Origin: Felis catus
Taxonomy: Eukaryota
Direction of reading: 5' to 3'
NCBI RefSeq assembly: GCF_018350175.1
Contig: NC_058373.1
Location: 111,416,001-111,480,000, forward strand
Length of the DNA stretch: 64,000 nt
Below the pieces are notes generated by a model. That model worked only from the letters and a program-made list of their open reading frames with translations. It did no database searches and was not told where the DNA came from. The position numbers were made by a program, and so were the translations under genes. How positions within the stretch are numbered: the stretch's first letter is position 1; the number at the start of each line of letters is the position of its first letter. Of the stretch, positions 1 to 13,604 are shown in pieces.

Positions 1-728
1 CTCCGATGACTAGTGATGTTCATGTTTCTGTTGACCTTGTCTATATCTTCTTTCAGGTCTTCTGCCCATTTTTAATTGGATTGTTTGTTTTTTGGTTTTG
101 AGTTGTATGACTTCTTTATATGTTTTATATATTAGCCCCTTATTGGATATAGCCCCTTATTGGATTTGCAAGTAGCTTCTCTCATTCAGTAGGCTTCCTT
201 TTCATTTTGTTCATAGTTTCCTTTACTGTGCAAAGCTTTTTAGTTTGATGTAATCCTAATTGTTTATTTTTGCTTTTGTTTCTCTTGCCTGGGGACATAC
301 CCTGAAAAATATTACTAAGGCCAATGTCCAAGAGATCATTGCCTGTTGTTGTTGTTTTTTTTTTTTAAGTTTTATGGTTTCACGTATTACATTGAGGTCT
401 TTAATCCATTTTGAGTTTGTTTTTGTGTGTAGTATAAGAAAGTGATTCAGTTTCATTCTTTTGGATGTAGCTGTCCAGTTTTCCTAACACCATTTATTGA
501 AGAGACTGTCTTTTCCCCTATTATATATTCTTGCCTCCTTTGTCATAGGTTAATTAACCATTTAAGCTTATGTTTATTTTAGGGCTTTCCATTCTGTTCC
601 ATTGATTGATGAGTCTGATTTTGGGCCAAAACCATACTGTTTTGATTATTGCAGCTTTGTAGTACAGATTCAAATCAGGGATTGTTGTACCTCTAGCTTT
701 GGTCTTCTTTCTCAAGATTGTTTTGGCT
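1..728 (-). mobile_element. L1 fragment, 3' part of ORF2 (decayed; continues beyond window start)
   Basis: Minus-strand translation resembles L1 ORF2p C-terminal region (TKTNSKWIKDLNV...ETIK, ARETKAKINN); stops and frameshifts. Confidence 0.9.
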
Positions 729-744
729 TAGATGATTAAGCTTC

Positions 745-951
745 CTTTTTTTTTTTTTAATGTTTGTTTATTTTTGAGAGAGAGAGTGTGAGCAGGGGAG
801 GGGCAGAGAAAGGGAGACGCAGAATTCGAAGCAGGCTGTAGGCTCTAAGCTGTCAGCAAAGAGCCTGAAGCGGGGCTCGAACTCATGAACCGTGACATCA
901 TGACCTGAGCCAAAGTCAGGCGCTTAACTGACTGAGCCACTCACGTGCCCC
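745..951 (-). mobile_element. CAN-SINE (felid type)
   Basis: tRNA-like head, (CT)n linker, A tail; TSD tagatgatt(a/g)agcttc at 729-744 and 952-967. Confidence 0.95.
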
Positions 952-1243
952 TAGATGATTGAGCTTCTTGTCAGCAGTGATTGTTTTAGATTTTGGTATT
1001 TTCTGAAGGAAGGATAACAAGTATTACAACTTGTTGAATGCATGGTTTAGTCTCAGCCATACATGGACTACTTGGAGTTCATTAGAATACCTTGCATCTG
1101 TGGTGGATTCTACAAGATTGGCAGGGCAAGAAAGTAGAAAGTGAATTTCCTTAAAGCATGAGAAAATGGAGCCTATCAGAAGGGTAAAAGCTTCTTACAT
1201 AATTATTACACAAAATAGACCTTGAGGAACATTTAGGTTAATG

Positions 1244-1245
<2 letters not shown>

Positions 1246-1291
<46 letters not shown>
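1246..1291. repeat. (TG)n microsatellite
   Basis: Uninterrupted TG run. Confidence 0.98.
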
Positions 1292-1295
<4 letters not shown>

Positions 1296-1813
1296 GTAAA
1301 TGGGAAAAAGGAGACCTAGAGAGATGAAGTGATAAGCTTTTAGTCATACAGCTAGCTGGAGACATGTAGTGTGGTGGCTCATTTTACTCATCATCCTGCC
1401 TTTCTTTATCCTGGGATTGTTGCTTGACCTAAGGGTAGGGATAAAGTTAAATTGCTCAATTTAAAGTTGTTTACAGTTTAAAAATACTATTTATGTCCGC
1501 ATACTATTTGGAAATTTTAGTTTTTGACAATTCTAAAGACATTCTAATATAGCTTCTCCCCCACCCTCCAGGATGCAGAACACTCTCCAAGTTTTAAATT
1601 AATGTAAAAAAATAAAAATAAAATTGTTTATAAAATTCAGTTTTTAATTTCTTTTTCAGACTTTAACTTCAGACTTTAAGTTAGAACAGGTCACTATTGA
1701 AATGGTATTAGATACAATCTTAGATTTCAAACAGATACAAAAGAAGTGTTGATGTTTAAATATAACTATGTGAAAGCATTTTTATGTAGATCAATTTAAA
1801 AGCATAAAATTTA

Positions 1814-2029
1814 TTTATTTATTTTTAACATTTTATTTTATTTTTTGAGAGACAGAGACAGAGCGCTAGTTGGGAGGGGCAGGGAGAGAGGGATACACAG
1901 AATCCAAAGCAGGCTCCAGACTCTGAGCTGTCAATACAGAGCCCGACGCAGGGCTTGAACCCATAAACTGTGAGATCATGACCTGAGCTGAAGTCAGATG
2001 CTTAACTGACTGAGCCACCCAGGCACCCC
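1814..2029 (-). mobile_element. CAN-SINE
   Basis: Full body; TSD taaaag(c/t)ataaaattta. Confidence 0.95.
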
Positions 2030-2474
2030 TAAAAGTATAAAATTTAAATAAGACCTCTATTTTCACAAACATTTCAGATAAATATGGACCTTAGATTTTT
2101 TGGTTGAAAATCTGAGTACCCTAAAATCTGCTCTGGAGGATTTCACTAATTAACATGTTTACAGGTATAATTAAAGTGCTCCTTTTTCTCATGAGCACTA
2201 CCAAACCTAGAAAATTAGCAAAAAAACTTGTTAGAGATACTATTTTAGAAATGGAACATTTTAAAATAAATATAATATCATAGGTATTTACTTTTGGGTA
2301 TTTGATGTATAGGCATATTAAGAAATTGTGACTCAGTTCAAGTAGTTTTAGTTATACAGAAAGTATACTTTGCTCTAATTTTTTTCTCCTGTAACATGTA
2401 ATACTTATTGTGTTATACTATGTTCATTCTGATTTCCTAAGAATTTCTAGCCTTTTAGGACAAAGAGGACACCT

Positions 2475-2900
2475 ATTTGGAGACAATTCTTTAGGAGTCT
2501 TTTGTGTTTCTGTCCATATTCTGAGCAGAAGCATTGACAGCTTTTGTTGGGGGCTGTCTTTTAAGGAAATTTGTATAGCAAACAGCCTACGTAGATAGAA
2601 ATAGTGTTTCCATAAGGACAGGTGATAGATTTCTTTGCTGTTCAGGATAATCAAGATAATCCCTTTGGGGGAAAAGATAGGGTTTGTTACTCCTTGAAAG
2701 ATTTAGATTGGATAAGCTCAGCTTTTTTCTCCTATAATACAGCCTACTGTGTGTACAGGCATCACTGGCTCTCCTTGTGTTGCCTGTTAAGAATTAGAGC
2801 TTGGGGAACCAGTGCAAAAGATTATATTCTGGCCACTACTGTTGTTTTGAGTAGTAAACTTCTTTGTCTCTGACCCAAGAGTGTCATACCTTCTGCCAGG
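2475..2900 (+). mobile_element. ERVL solo LTR, LTR40-like
   Basis: ttggagacaattct..., tttgtatagcaaacagcct...gatagaaatagtgt and agtaaacttctttgtctctgacccaaga resemble the recalled LTR40 consensus. Confidence 0.65.
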
Positions 2901-3332
2901 ATTATCTGATGCTGATTTAACCAGGTATCATTAGCACAACCTACTGATAAAACAAAGCCAAGTTTATGGCTTATGCTGTGAAGGAGAATACCACCTTGCA
3001 AGAGCTTTGGTGGTATCTTAGAGGGGCAAAATCAAGGCTAAAATGTGAGAATTTGAAATTTTATTTGAGTCTTCCAGTGGTAATGATGGGGCCTGATTAG
3101 GATTGAATACCATGATATAATAGTTTAGAATTGGCGAAACAGCAAGGCAAGGATTTGAAAATTGTTGATGTTTCTTGTTGAAGAGTTGATGGGTCTTTCC
3201 TGAAGCTTCTGTAATGAACAATCAAGTTATATTCATGCAAGAGTCTTCTGGAATAGTAGAGGTATGCTAATGAGGACATTGGCCTAATAAAGTCTTGTTA
3301 ATATACACAGGAAGTTGTATGTGTAGGTAGTT

Positions 3333-3670
3333 ACATTAGTTTTCTAGGACTGCTATCACAAATTACCACACACTTACGGGCTTAAAAAAATCCTTTCATC
3401 CCTAACTTTTGTTGTTTACAAGAAGTCCTTAGTGTTTTTTGGTTTGTAGCAGCATAACTCTAATTTCTACCTCCATCTTCACATGGCAGTCTTCCCTCCG
3501 TATCTGTATTAAAATTTCTCTCTTATAAGGACACCAGTCATTGGATTAGAGCCCACCTTAATTCACTATAACCTCATGTTACCTTGATTATATCTGCAAA
3601 GACCCGATTTCCAAATAAGGTTATGATCACAATGAATGAATTCTGGAGAGACATTATTCAACCCAGTACA
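3333..3670 (-). mobile_element. MaLR solo LTR (MLT1 family)
   Basis: ttagttttctaggactgctatcacaaattacca...ttataaggacaccagtcattggattag...acattattcaacccagtaca are typical MLT1 motifs. Confidence 0.85.
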
Positions 3671-3811
3671 CAAGAGTATGTGGTTTCAGTCCTTAGTATC
3701 TAAGTTGTGTATGGCTAGATGATTTTGTTTCTCAATATCCATGACACTGTCCAAGCTGATTACTTAACTTGCATTTAGAATAAAATCTCAGGCTCTTCAG
3801 AGTTTTTGACA

Positions 3812-4005
3812 ACAGCATGATGTAGTGGAAAGAATACCAGTACGGAAATCAAGTTGCCTTGGTTCTGGTTTGTACCCTGCTATGAACTAGTTTGAGAAAA
3901 TTACTGTCTTCTCTAGCTATTAGTGTCTCAATAGGTAAATGGGGAGGTCTAGAAGAAAAGAGGAATGGACCAAATGATCTCTAAGGGCCTTTCTAGCTCT
4001 CAGAT
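3812..4005 (+). mobile_element. MIR relic
   Basis: cagcatgatgtagtggaaaga...atgatctctaagggcctttctagctct MIR-type motifs. Confidence 0.7.
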
Positions 4006-5659
4006 TCTGAAGTTTGGTAATTGTTGAGTGTTTGTTCAATTTGTTGGAGTGACAAAATGAGAAAAGGAAATAGAGAATGCTTTAAATGCTGATATGATAG
4101 ATTCTGACCTGTGAATGTAGCCTTATTTATGGGAGAAGATTTTATTTATTATTGGGTGAAGATCATTCATGAAGATACTAGGTAAACATACAGTTAGTCC
4201 TGATCTCTCTGACTTAACCATATTTTGTTTTTCTGTTAGTTTGAAATAGTATATTTGGAAGGGAGACATTCTTCAGGTCAGTTAATTCACTTGAACTTAG
4301 AAAAATGTGTTGTTGCTGTACTCTCTCAGCTGAGTTCAGAAAATAAAATAACCTTTTCTAAAGTGAGCATGAGAGTGTAGCTCTCCCTTCATTGCCCACA
4401 TTTCTCTATCATAATATTCCTGTGGTCATGGGATCTGAGAAAACTTCTTACTAGAGAATAGTAATAGTCTAGTGAGGTGGTGCATGGTGCTGGATGGAGT
4501 TCTAGGTGTAAGTGTCTCTTCTTCCATTGGATTTTTCTTATGTTTTGAGTAAGTCATTGTAGTACTGTTCGAATTCTTTTTTGAATAATGTTGAAAATAC
4601 ATAGTTACTTCATAGACATATTGTGGATGCTTAACAGGAAATTTTTTTGGCAATGGTAAAACTACCTATGGTTGTATCTGTGCTTGTCCTTTTCAAGGTA
4701 CATATTAACAGTGTGTATGTATTGGTGGTAAGTATAAATGTAGGTTGAACCAATATCTTTGGATTTGCATGAAAGTGATTGACGTAGAAGAAAATGAATT
4801 TTTGATTCATTCCATGCAGTAGAATATCAAACCCATCTTCCAGGAAACCCTGGGAATCTCTCAACGCTTGAACTTAAGGACTTTCCTACATAACTGATCT
4901 TCAATTACAGACAAATTTTCCCAAGTTCCTGTTTTCAGCATGAGTATTTGGGTGATTCAGAGACCATCACCAGTTACTACAACAGTGGTGGTTTCTTTTT
5001 TTTTAATTTTAGGAGACATACTAGAGTATAAAATTTGCAATAATACTGTAGAAGTACTTGAAATAAAGTGTTAAAATGATCATAATGTAAAAACTAATAT
5101 AAATAGATGCTATAATTCAGTAATAAGAATATCTTCTGAATCATTTTCTGTTCACATTTCCATCAATGTGAAAGAGTAGTAGAATGAAAAGAATAGTAGA
5201 ATGTTGTTAGTGTATCTTTTTTTTTTTTTTTTAATACGCTGTCCACATCAGTGAGAAAAAGTCAAGATTTTTTGATCTGTGGGTGATTCTGATGAATGAA
5301 AAAAAGCCTGGAAGGCTTTTCTTGGAGGAGTGGGGTATAGGGTGGAGATTGTGGCTGATGATTCAGGTTTGGATCAAACTCTCTTTGGTTGTAGTTTTCC
5401 CCTCCTCATTTTAGACCTTGAAGTTGGTCTAATGTTTAACAACAAGATAAAGTTTCTTCCACTTGTAATAAATATTTTCCAGAGAATTATGAATTGGCAA
5501 AGATTGAAAAGTAGAGTATGGATGGGTTTGATTTATTTTATGGTTTGGAGTCTTCACTTTCTATGTAGTGTTTGTTTTTGTTGGATTCACAGAGGCTTGA
5601 GAAATTGGAGGAATCTCCTACCCCGCATTCCCCAGCCAGCTATTCTTCAGCTTCACAGG

Positions 5660-5700
<41 letters not shown>
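5660..5700 (+). repeat. Pure poly(A) tract (41 nt)
   Basis: Direct count. Confidence 0.97.
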
Positions 5701-5702
<2 letters not shown>

Positions 5703-7744
5703 AGAAGGAAAATCATGTTGAACACATTTTTTTCTCTCCTCAAACACCTATTCAGAATTAATGGATTACTGTTTGTTTGGTGGAGGGTTTTGTGTTTTTT
5801 GTTTTCTTTTAATTTTATTTTTTAGAGTAGTTTTACCTTTAGAGAAAAATTGAACAGAAGTACAGAGTTCCCTTATATCTTGCAGTCTTTCTATAATTGC
5901 TTATTAATACCAGATTTTGATTTTTTTTTTCCCCCTTCCAATTCTTTGGGATTTTTTTATGTAGATGATCATATCATCTGTGAACAAAAGACAGTTTGAT
6001 TTTTTCCTTCCTAATTTGTATATCATCGATATCCTTTTCTTGTCTTATTGCATTAGCTAGGATGTCCAGTGTAATATAAGTAGGAATTCTGAAAGGGAAA
6101 AGTCTTAAGAGGGAATGTATCTAGTTTCTTACTGTTAAGAATGATATTTGCTGTATATTTTTTATAGATTTTGTTTATCAGCTTGAGGAAGTTCCTTTGT
6201 ATTCCTATTTTGCTGTGAGTTTTTATTGTAAATGGGTGTTGGATTTTATGTATTCTTTTTCTGCATGTATTGATAGCACATGATTTTTCTTGTATTGATG
6301 TGTGATTGATTACATTAATTGATACATTAATTGATTTTTAAATATTGAACTTGATTTATATACTTGGAATAAATCCTATTTGTGGTGCATAATTAGAATT
6401 GCTAATATTTTTTGAGGGGTTTTTTGTATCTGTGTTCATGAGAGATATTTGTAGTTTTCTTTTCTTGTCTGGGTTTAGTATTAGGGTAATGCTGGCCACA
6501 TAGAATGAATTGAGAACTGCTCCCTCTTATACTTTCTGGAACAGGCTGTAGAGAATTGGTATTACTTGTTGGTTAAATGTTTGGTAGAATTCACTTGGGA
6601 AATTATCTGGGTATGAAGCTTTCATTTTTGGAAATTATTATTTATTTATTCAATTTCTTTGATCATTATAGCCTTATATGGGTGATCTCTTTCTTCCTTC
6701 TGTGAGCTGTGGTAGATTGTCTTTCAAGGATTTGTTCCATTTCATCTACGTTGTCAAATTTATGGGCCTTGAATTATTTATAATATTCCTTTATTATCCT
6801 TTTAATGTCCATAGGATCGCTGGAGATGGAACCTCTTTCATTTCTGATATTACTAACCTGTGTCATCTCTCCTTTTTTCTTGAGAATCCTAAGGGTTTAT
6901 CCATTTTATTGATCTTTTCAAAGAACCAGCTTTTTTAGTTTTGTTGCTTTTTTTCTCTATTGTTTACATATTTTCAATTTCACTGATTTCTTCTCTGATT
7001 TTTATTATTTGTTTTCTTCTGCTTAGTTTGGATTTCATTTGCCTTTCTTTTTCTAGTTTCCCATGGCAGAAGCTTGGTGATTGATTTTAGCTCCTTCTTT
7101 TAATATATGCCTCCAATGGTATATAAATTTTTCTCTGAGAGAGAAAATACAGTGGTGCATGTTGCATCCCACAAATTCTTATGTTTTATTTACATTTTTA
7201 CTTAGATTGAAATATTAATTTCTTGAGATGTTTTCTTTGACTCACATGTTACTTATGTGTGTTGTTTATTTCCAAATATTTGCATATTTTCTAGCTATCT
7301 TTGTGTTATTAATTATTAGTTTAATTCCACTGTGGTCTGAGAGCCTACTTTGTATGACTAAGGTGTGTTTTGTGGCCCAGAATGTAGTCTGTCTTGGTAA
7401 ATGTTCTCTTTGAGCTTGAGAAGAATGTGTATACTGTTGTTGTTGGATAAAGTAGTATATGGATGGCAATTAGATCTGGCTGAATGATGGTGCTATTCAG
7501 TTTAACAGTATTCTTACTAATTTTATGTGTTTTGGTTCTGTCAGTTACTGATAGAGGGGTGTTGAAGTCTCCAAATATATGGTGAATTCGTGTATTTCTC
7601 TTTGCAGTTCTGTTAATTTTTATGGCATATATTTTGATGCTTTGTTGTTAGGTGTATACATATAAGGGAAGTTAGATCTTCTTGAGAATTGACCTTTGGC
7701 ATTGTGTAATGCCCACCCTTCATCATTGACTGACAGTCTTTGTC

Positions 7745-7765
7745 TTTTTTTAATATTTATTTATT

Positions 7766-7850
<85 letters not shown>

Positions 7851-8013
7851 TGCGAGTGGGGGAGGGGCAGAGAGAGAGAGACACAGAATCTGAAGCAGGC
7901 TCCAGGATCCAAGGTGTCAGTAAAGCTGGACGTGGGGCTCAAACCCATGAACTGTGAGATCATGATCTGAGCCAAAGTTGGCCACCTAACCAACTGAGCC
8001 ACCCAGGAACCCC
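7745..8013 (-). mobile_element. CAN-SINE with expanded (GA)n(CA)n
   Basis: SINE body; microsatellite at ~7769-7847; degenerate TSD. Confidence 0.93.
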
Positions 8014-8300
8014 AATAGTATCTGTCTTTTAATTGATGTATTGAGACCATTGTTATTTAAGGTAATTATTTGTATACTTGGATTTATATCTACCATATTT
8101 TTAACTGCTTTCTATTCCTTGTCTCTGTTGTTTCTTTTTGTCTTCCACTCTGTTATTGCTTTCTCTTGTTTCAGTTGAACATTTTATATAATTTCATTTT
8201 TTTAAATCATATCTTAGTATATCATTATATTTACTTTACATATTTTTTAGTGGTTACCCCAGAGTTTGTAATTTTACATTTACAACTAATCTAGGTTCAC

Positions 8301-8598
8301 TTTTATGTATGTATGTATGTATGTATGTATGTATTTGTTTGTTTATTTTTGAGAGACACAATGTGAGTGGGGGAGGGGCAGAGAGAGAGGGAGGCACAGA
8401 ATCCGAAGCAAGCTCCAAGCTCCAAGCTGTCAGCACAGAGCCTGATGTGGGGCTCAAACTCACGCACCATGAGATCATGACCTGAGCTGAAGTTGGACGC
8501 TTAACTGACTGAGCCACCAAGGCATCCCTTTAATTTTTTTTAATGTTTATTTATTTTTGAGACAGAGTGAGAGAGAGAGAGTGTACGAGCAGGGGAGG

Positions 8599-8649
<51 letters not shown>

Positions 8650-8759
8650 GATCCGAGGTGGGCTCTGTGCTGACAGCAGAGAGCCTGGTGTGGGGCTCGA
8701 ACTCATGAATCATGAGATCATGACCTGAGCTGAAGTCAGATGCTTAACCCAGGCACCCC
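8301..8759 (-). mobile_element. Two head-to-tail CAN-SINEs (~8301-8528 and ~8529-8759)
   Basis: Two SINE bodies; shared outer TSD ggttca(c/g)ttt; (ATGT)n in tail. Confidence 0.92.
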
Positions 8760-8997
8760 TTGGTTCAGTTTCAAATAATAGTATATCACTTCATGGGTAG
8801 TACAGGTACCTTATCACAGAGTATTCTTAATTCCTTTTTCTTATCCTTTATAACATTGTTGCCATTCATTTCATTTATCTATAAGCTGTGATCACTGGAT
8901 ATATATTGTGCTATTATTATTATTTTTAACAAATTGTTATTTTGTTAGATCAATTAAGAATAAGAAAAGTAAGATTTAATTTTACCTTTTTAAAAAA

Positions 8998-9179
8998 ATT
9001 TATTTATTTATTTTGAGAGAGAGAGCACAAGTGGGAAAGGGGCAGAGAGAGAGAGAGAATCCCGAGCAGGCTTTGCACCACCAGTGCAGAGCCCAGTGAG
9101 GGGCTCGAACTCACAAACCATGAGGTAATAACCTGAGCTGAAATTGGATGCTTAACTGACTGAGCCACCCAGATGCCCC
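8998..9179 (-). mobile_element. CAN-SINE
   Basis: SINE body; tacctttttaaaaa-like TSD. Confidence 0.92.
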
Positions 9180-11621
9180 TACCTTTTTAAAAATTGTTTC
9201 TCTAATTTCTTCATTTTTTTTATGTAATCCAAATTTTCTGACCCTTTGTAATTTGTACTTATAATGCTTTGTAATTTTCCTTCCTTCTGAAGGACTTTTT
9301 AAAACATTTCTTGCAAGGAAGGCCAGTAGACCTTCAGTTCCCTCAATTTTTGTCAGAGAAAGCTTTTAGTTCCTTTTCACATTTGAAGGATAATTTTCCT
9401 AGGTACAGAATTCTAGATTGGTGGTTTTTCTTTTAACACTTAAAATGTTTCACTTCACTCACCTTGCTTGCATGGTTTCTGAAGAGAAGGTTTGATGGAA
9501 TTCTTATTTTTCTCCTGGCTAGGTAAGGTTTTTTGCTTTTTTTTCTCTGATTCTTTTCAGATTTTCTCAGCTAGTTTTTTGAGTTTTGTTATGATATGCC
9601 TAGATGTAAGTATTATAGTATTTATCCTGTGTGGTGGATTCTGATCCTTACGGATCTAGTTTATTGTTTATCATCAAAGACATACTTTTTCCCTTACAGT
9701 GTTGTTGATTTGTAGCATTTCTTTTTTCTTAGAGTTTCCATTTCTCTGCTTACACTACCCATCTGTTCTTGCATGTTTACTTTTCCCATTACTACCCTTA
9801 GCATATTTACCATAGCTATTTTTAAACCCAGTGATAATTCTAAAATCTCTGTCCTACCTGAATCTGGTTTTGAGGCTTGCTTTGTGTCTTCAGAGTACAG
9901 TTTTTGCCTTTACAATGCTTTGTACATTTTTGTTGATAGCCAGACATGTTATATTAGGTAAAACAAACTGAAGTAAATAGGCCTTTAGTTTGAGGTTTTA
10001 TGTTTCTCTGACAAGGAGTTAGGCTGTATTTACTATATGCTGTAGCAGTGGTTTCAGAGACTAAAATTTGTAGTGTTTTGTTTTTGGCTGTTCTGCTGTT
10101 TTTGGGTTTTGTAGAGAATCCTTTAATAGGGTCTGAGGCTTGCAGTTCTTTTATTTGTGATGCTCTATTGTTGTACAGGAGTTACATTGATGTGGTGGTA
10201 AGGGATCAGATTAGCTCTCAGTGATTTAGTGAACTCGATTTGGTTATCTCTTACCTCATGTTGAAGGGTAGGGGGGGCTGGAGTTGGATATTTCCTTTCC
10301 CCTAGGTTGGTTAGATACTGTAAAACCCTGGTTGGTTAGGCTCTATAAAATTCCACTTAGTTAGGCTTTATTAAAATTAGTTTTCTTTTGAGGCAGACCT
10401 TTTTAAGAACAGAGAGCTCTGGGCATATTTCAGGATGGTTACTTTTCCCCTCCCCCTTGAGGAAACGACATTTTTCTCACATCTTCCCAGTGAGAACCTG
10501 ATAGGGTTCCTGGAGGTAAAAAGTCAAGAAAATGTGGGGACTTCTCAAAGACTGTGTTCCCTCTCAGTTTTTCACCCTAAGCTAGTCGACACAGAGCCTC
10601 CAACAAATTGTCAATTACTGTTTAAAGTATTCCTGTTGATACTGGCTCAGTTGAAGGCTTATGTTCCCGGGCTTCTGCATCTCCCACACTGTGATTTTCT
10701 GTATCTGCGTGTCTGTCTCTCCAGTTTTCAGGGTAGCAGTTTTCCCTCTGAGCTCAAATCTCTGATGGAGCTGAGTCGTCATTTTCATTTTTCTCAGGTT
10801 TTTGTTTTTTGTTTGTTTTTGTAGTGAGAACAGAAGTGATGAACTATAAACTTTTTATGTCAGATCTGATTGAAGATTATTTTTGACTCTTTCTGACAAC
10901 TTTGTAATGGTAAAGACTTGGTATAATAGCCTCTGTCTGAGTTGGCAGTATTTTGGAATTTGATTTCCTTCTGGCATTAAGTTTGCACCGTTTGAAATGA
11001 TGTATTCTAACTTACAAGAATGAGTAAAGGACTTTTTCAGAGGGAAATTGGTCTTAGGACTGATACTTGTTATTGGGGAAATGACTTCTTAGCCTATTTA
11101 TTGTTCTTCTGTTTGCAAGTATAGTTTGGGGACAGTGACAAACTTTGTTTCCTATGTTGGTAGTTAGAGTTTCATTTTTATCTTAAACCATACAAAAAAC
11201 ACTTCATTTTTACAGCTTTTTTGGGTATAGGGTCATGTCAAGTTTCACTAATTTGCACTTGGGATAATTATACTGATTATTAAAACTGGTTATTAAAACC
11301 GTGTGCTGATACTTTGGATATATGGAATTAATTAATTGGATGACTCACTTAGATTGGGTGTCTTAATTTAATTATTACACTGCCCACTAATTATTTTTAT
11401 GAGCAGAGAATAGGGTAATAATGTTAATCCTTACATTTTCTGTGATGTGGTAAAACAGTTTAATGCACATCATGAATTTAGTGCTTAGATATCGTGAATT
11501 TAGTGCTTTGTAGAAGTATGATATCTTGGTAGAAGTATGAAAAGAGAAAGTGTGGTAAGTTATATGTAAAATGTAGTTTATTTTCTTTTGAAAAATCTTT
11601 ACATTAAAAAAGTCAGTATAT

Positions 11622-11830
11622 GGGGCACCTGGGAGGCTCAGTTGGTTAAGGGCCCGACTTTGGCTCAGGTCGTGATCTCATGGTTGGTGAGTTTGAGCCG
11701 AGTGTCGGGCTGTGTGCTGTCAGCTTGGAGTCTGGAGCCTGCTTCAGATTCTGTGTTTCTGTCTTTCTGCCCCTACCCTGCTCATATTCTATCTGTCTGT
11801 CTCTCTCTCAAAAATTAATATTTAAAAAAA
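11622..11830 (+). mobile_element. CAN-SINE
   Basis: ggggcacctgggaggctcagttggttaag head; CT-rich linker and A tail. Confidence 0.93.
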
Positions 11831-11913
11831 GTTTTTAAACATCACTATGTTTAGATAATTCAAGCAATGGTTCTCTTAAAATAAGAGAATCTTGCTTAAT
11901 CCCACAGTTTAAT

Positions 11914-12127
11914 TTTTTTTTTTTAACATTTATTTGTTTTTGAGACAGAGAGACAGAGAGCATGAACAGGGGAGGGTCAGAGAAAGAGGGAGACACAGAA
12001 TCCGAAACAGGCTCCAGGCTCCGAGCTGTCAGCGCAGAGCCCGACGCGGGGCTTGAACCCACGGACCGTGAGATCATGACCTGAGCCGAAGTCGGATGCT
12101 TAACCGACTGAGCCACCCAGGCGCCCC
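11914..12127 (-). mobile_element. CAN-SINE, young (CpG-rich)
   Basis: Perfect TSD cttaatcccacagtttaat at 11895-11913 and 12128-12146. Confidence 0.96.
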
Positions 12128-12239
12128 CTTAATCCCACAGTTTAATATGACTATAGTTACTGTGTGAGTGTATGTGCCTTTTTGTTCTTTTTCATATATA
12201 GATTTTTTTTTTACATTGTTGTGATCATAATTTCTTTAA

Positions 12240-12449
12240 AAAATTTTTTTAATGTTTATTTATTTTTGAGAGAGAGACACAGTATGAGTGGGGTAGAAGC
12301 AGAGAGAGAGGGAGACACAGAATCTGAAGCAGGCTCCAGGCTCTGAGCTGTCAGCACAGAGCCCGATGTGGGGCTTGAACCCACAGACCGTGAGATCATG
12401 ACCTGAGGCAAAGTCAGACGCTTACTAACTGAGCCATCCAGGAGCACCC
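12240..12449 (-). mobile_element. CAN-SINE
   Basis: SINE body; TSD cataatttcttt. Confidence 0.94.
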
Positions 12450-13389
12450 ATAATTTCTTTTTAAATTTGTGCTTTTTATAGTTACTAGTGTTTTCACATT
12501 CTGCATCATTGTTTTTAATTATATTTTTTTATTATTTTTTTTATTGAATGATGTAGTTGGGTTGGTCAGACTGAGCTGTGTGTACATTTATTTAGCTTTT
12601 CCATTGCTTTTGACTTAGCTTTTGCATGTGTCTTTTCCTTGCCTGGATTTTCAGAAGTCTCAGTCTCTCTTTCTCTTCCTTTTTCTTTTAAAGACTATTT
12701 TATGTTTTTTTCCCTGGGGCTAATTAACTTTTATTGGATCTTGAAAAGTGTAATTTTTTTTTCTTATGTGATTAGAAAACAGTGCTTTAGGACTTATATT
12801 GCCACAATGATTCACATTGTTCTCTTCTAAAAATTGAAATTTATAACTAGGTGATAAAAATGATCTCCTGGATGTGTCAAACTTGGTATTCTAGACTCTC
12901 ATACTTAGGTTATAAATTATATTTGGTCAAATAATTTAATATTTTATGTTGTACTTACAAATTGAATTTTCCTTACTGATTATATATATGTGGGTGTAAT
13001 TTGATGTCTGTCAGGATTCCTTATTAGATTTTTCTGCATTCTTCTGACTTTTCCTCTGCCCTATCATTTGTGTTTAGGGCTAAATTGGGTCTAGCCTTTT
13101 GAATGGAAAGTCAGTAGTAATAGAAACTTCTTAGAAACATTTAGTGAGTCTGATGATTCTGAAACCACTTCTTCACCCATTAAAAGCTGTCAAAGGATTG
13201 TTTTAAGACCTTCTATACTGTGTATTCCCTTCTTGCTTTCTAGATTAGGCATTTTATAAAGTATTTACTTTTTTTACTCTTGTCATCTTCAAGATATTTT
13301 ACTATGATTAAAAATATCATTTTTCTACTGAGATGTAGGTGACCCAAGGGAAGGAAAAGATCATACAGAATTGTTGGGATCATTCATTA

Positions 13390-13604
13390 AAAACATTTTT
13401 TTAAATGTTTTATTTATTATTGAGAGAGAGACAGAGCATGAGCAAGGGAGGGGCAGAGAGAGAGAGTGGGATACAGAATCTGAAGCAGGCTCCAGGCTCT
13501 GAGCTGTCAGCACAGAGCCTGACGCGGGGCTTGAACTCACAAGTGGTGAGATGGTGACCTGAGCTGAAGTCAGATGCCCAACTGACTGAGCCACCCAGGT
13601 GCGC
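13390..13604 (-). mobile_element. CAN-SINE
   Basis: SINE body; TSD tggg(a/t)tcattcatt. Confidence 0.94.

Larger units (their letters stand above)
5812..10870 (-). mobile_element. Old L1 (L1MC/L1M4-like): 3' end, internally deleted ORF2, ORF1 and 5' UTR, interrupted by SINEs
   Basis: L1MC-type 3' end (agaaaaattgaacagaagtacagagttccc); ORF2p motifs on minus strand (LSDHSGIKLIINN...IWK); ORF1/5' UTR portion resembles 53425-55200 in reverse. Confidence 0.85.

Noticed and set aside
133..165. Short duplications in old L1s (tagccccttattggat x2; also ~6310-6335 and ~53900-53940)
   Set aside because: Ordinary slippage in neutral repeats or intrinsic L1 features.
4426..5000. Coding-looking stretch with two overlapping - strand ORFs and fragments such as KVIDVEENEFLIH (+) and FKKEFEQYYNDLL (-)
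   Set aside because: No frame gives a protein I can identify and there are many stops. It may be an ancient element; BLASTX or nhmmer is needed.
5330..5761. 143-aa ORF with poly-Lys
   Set aside because: The poly-Lys is the A41 tract; non-ATG start and no recognisable domain.
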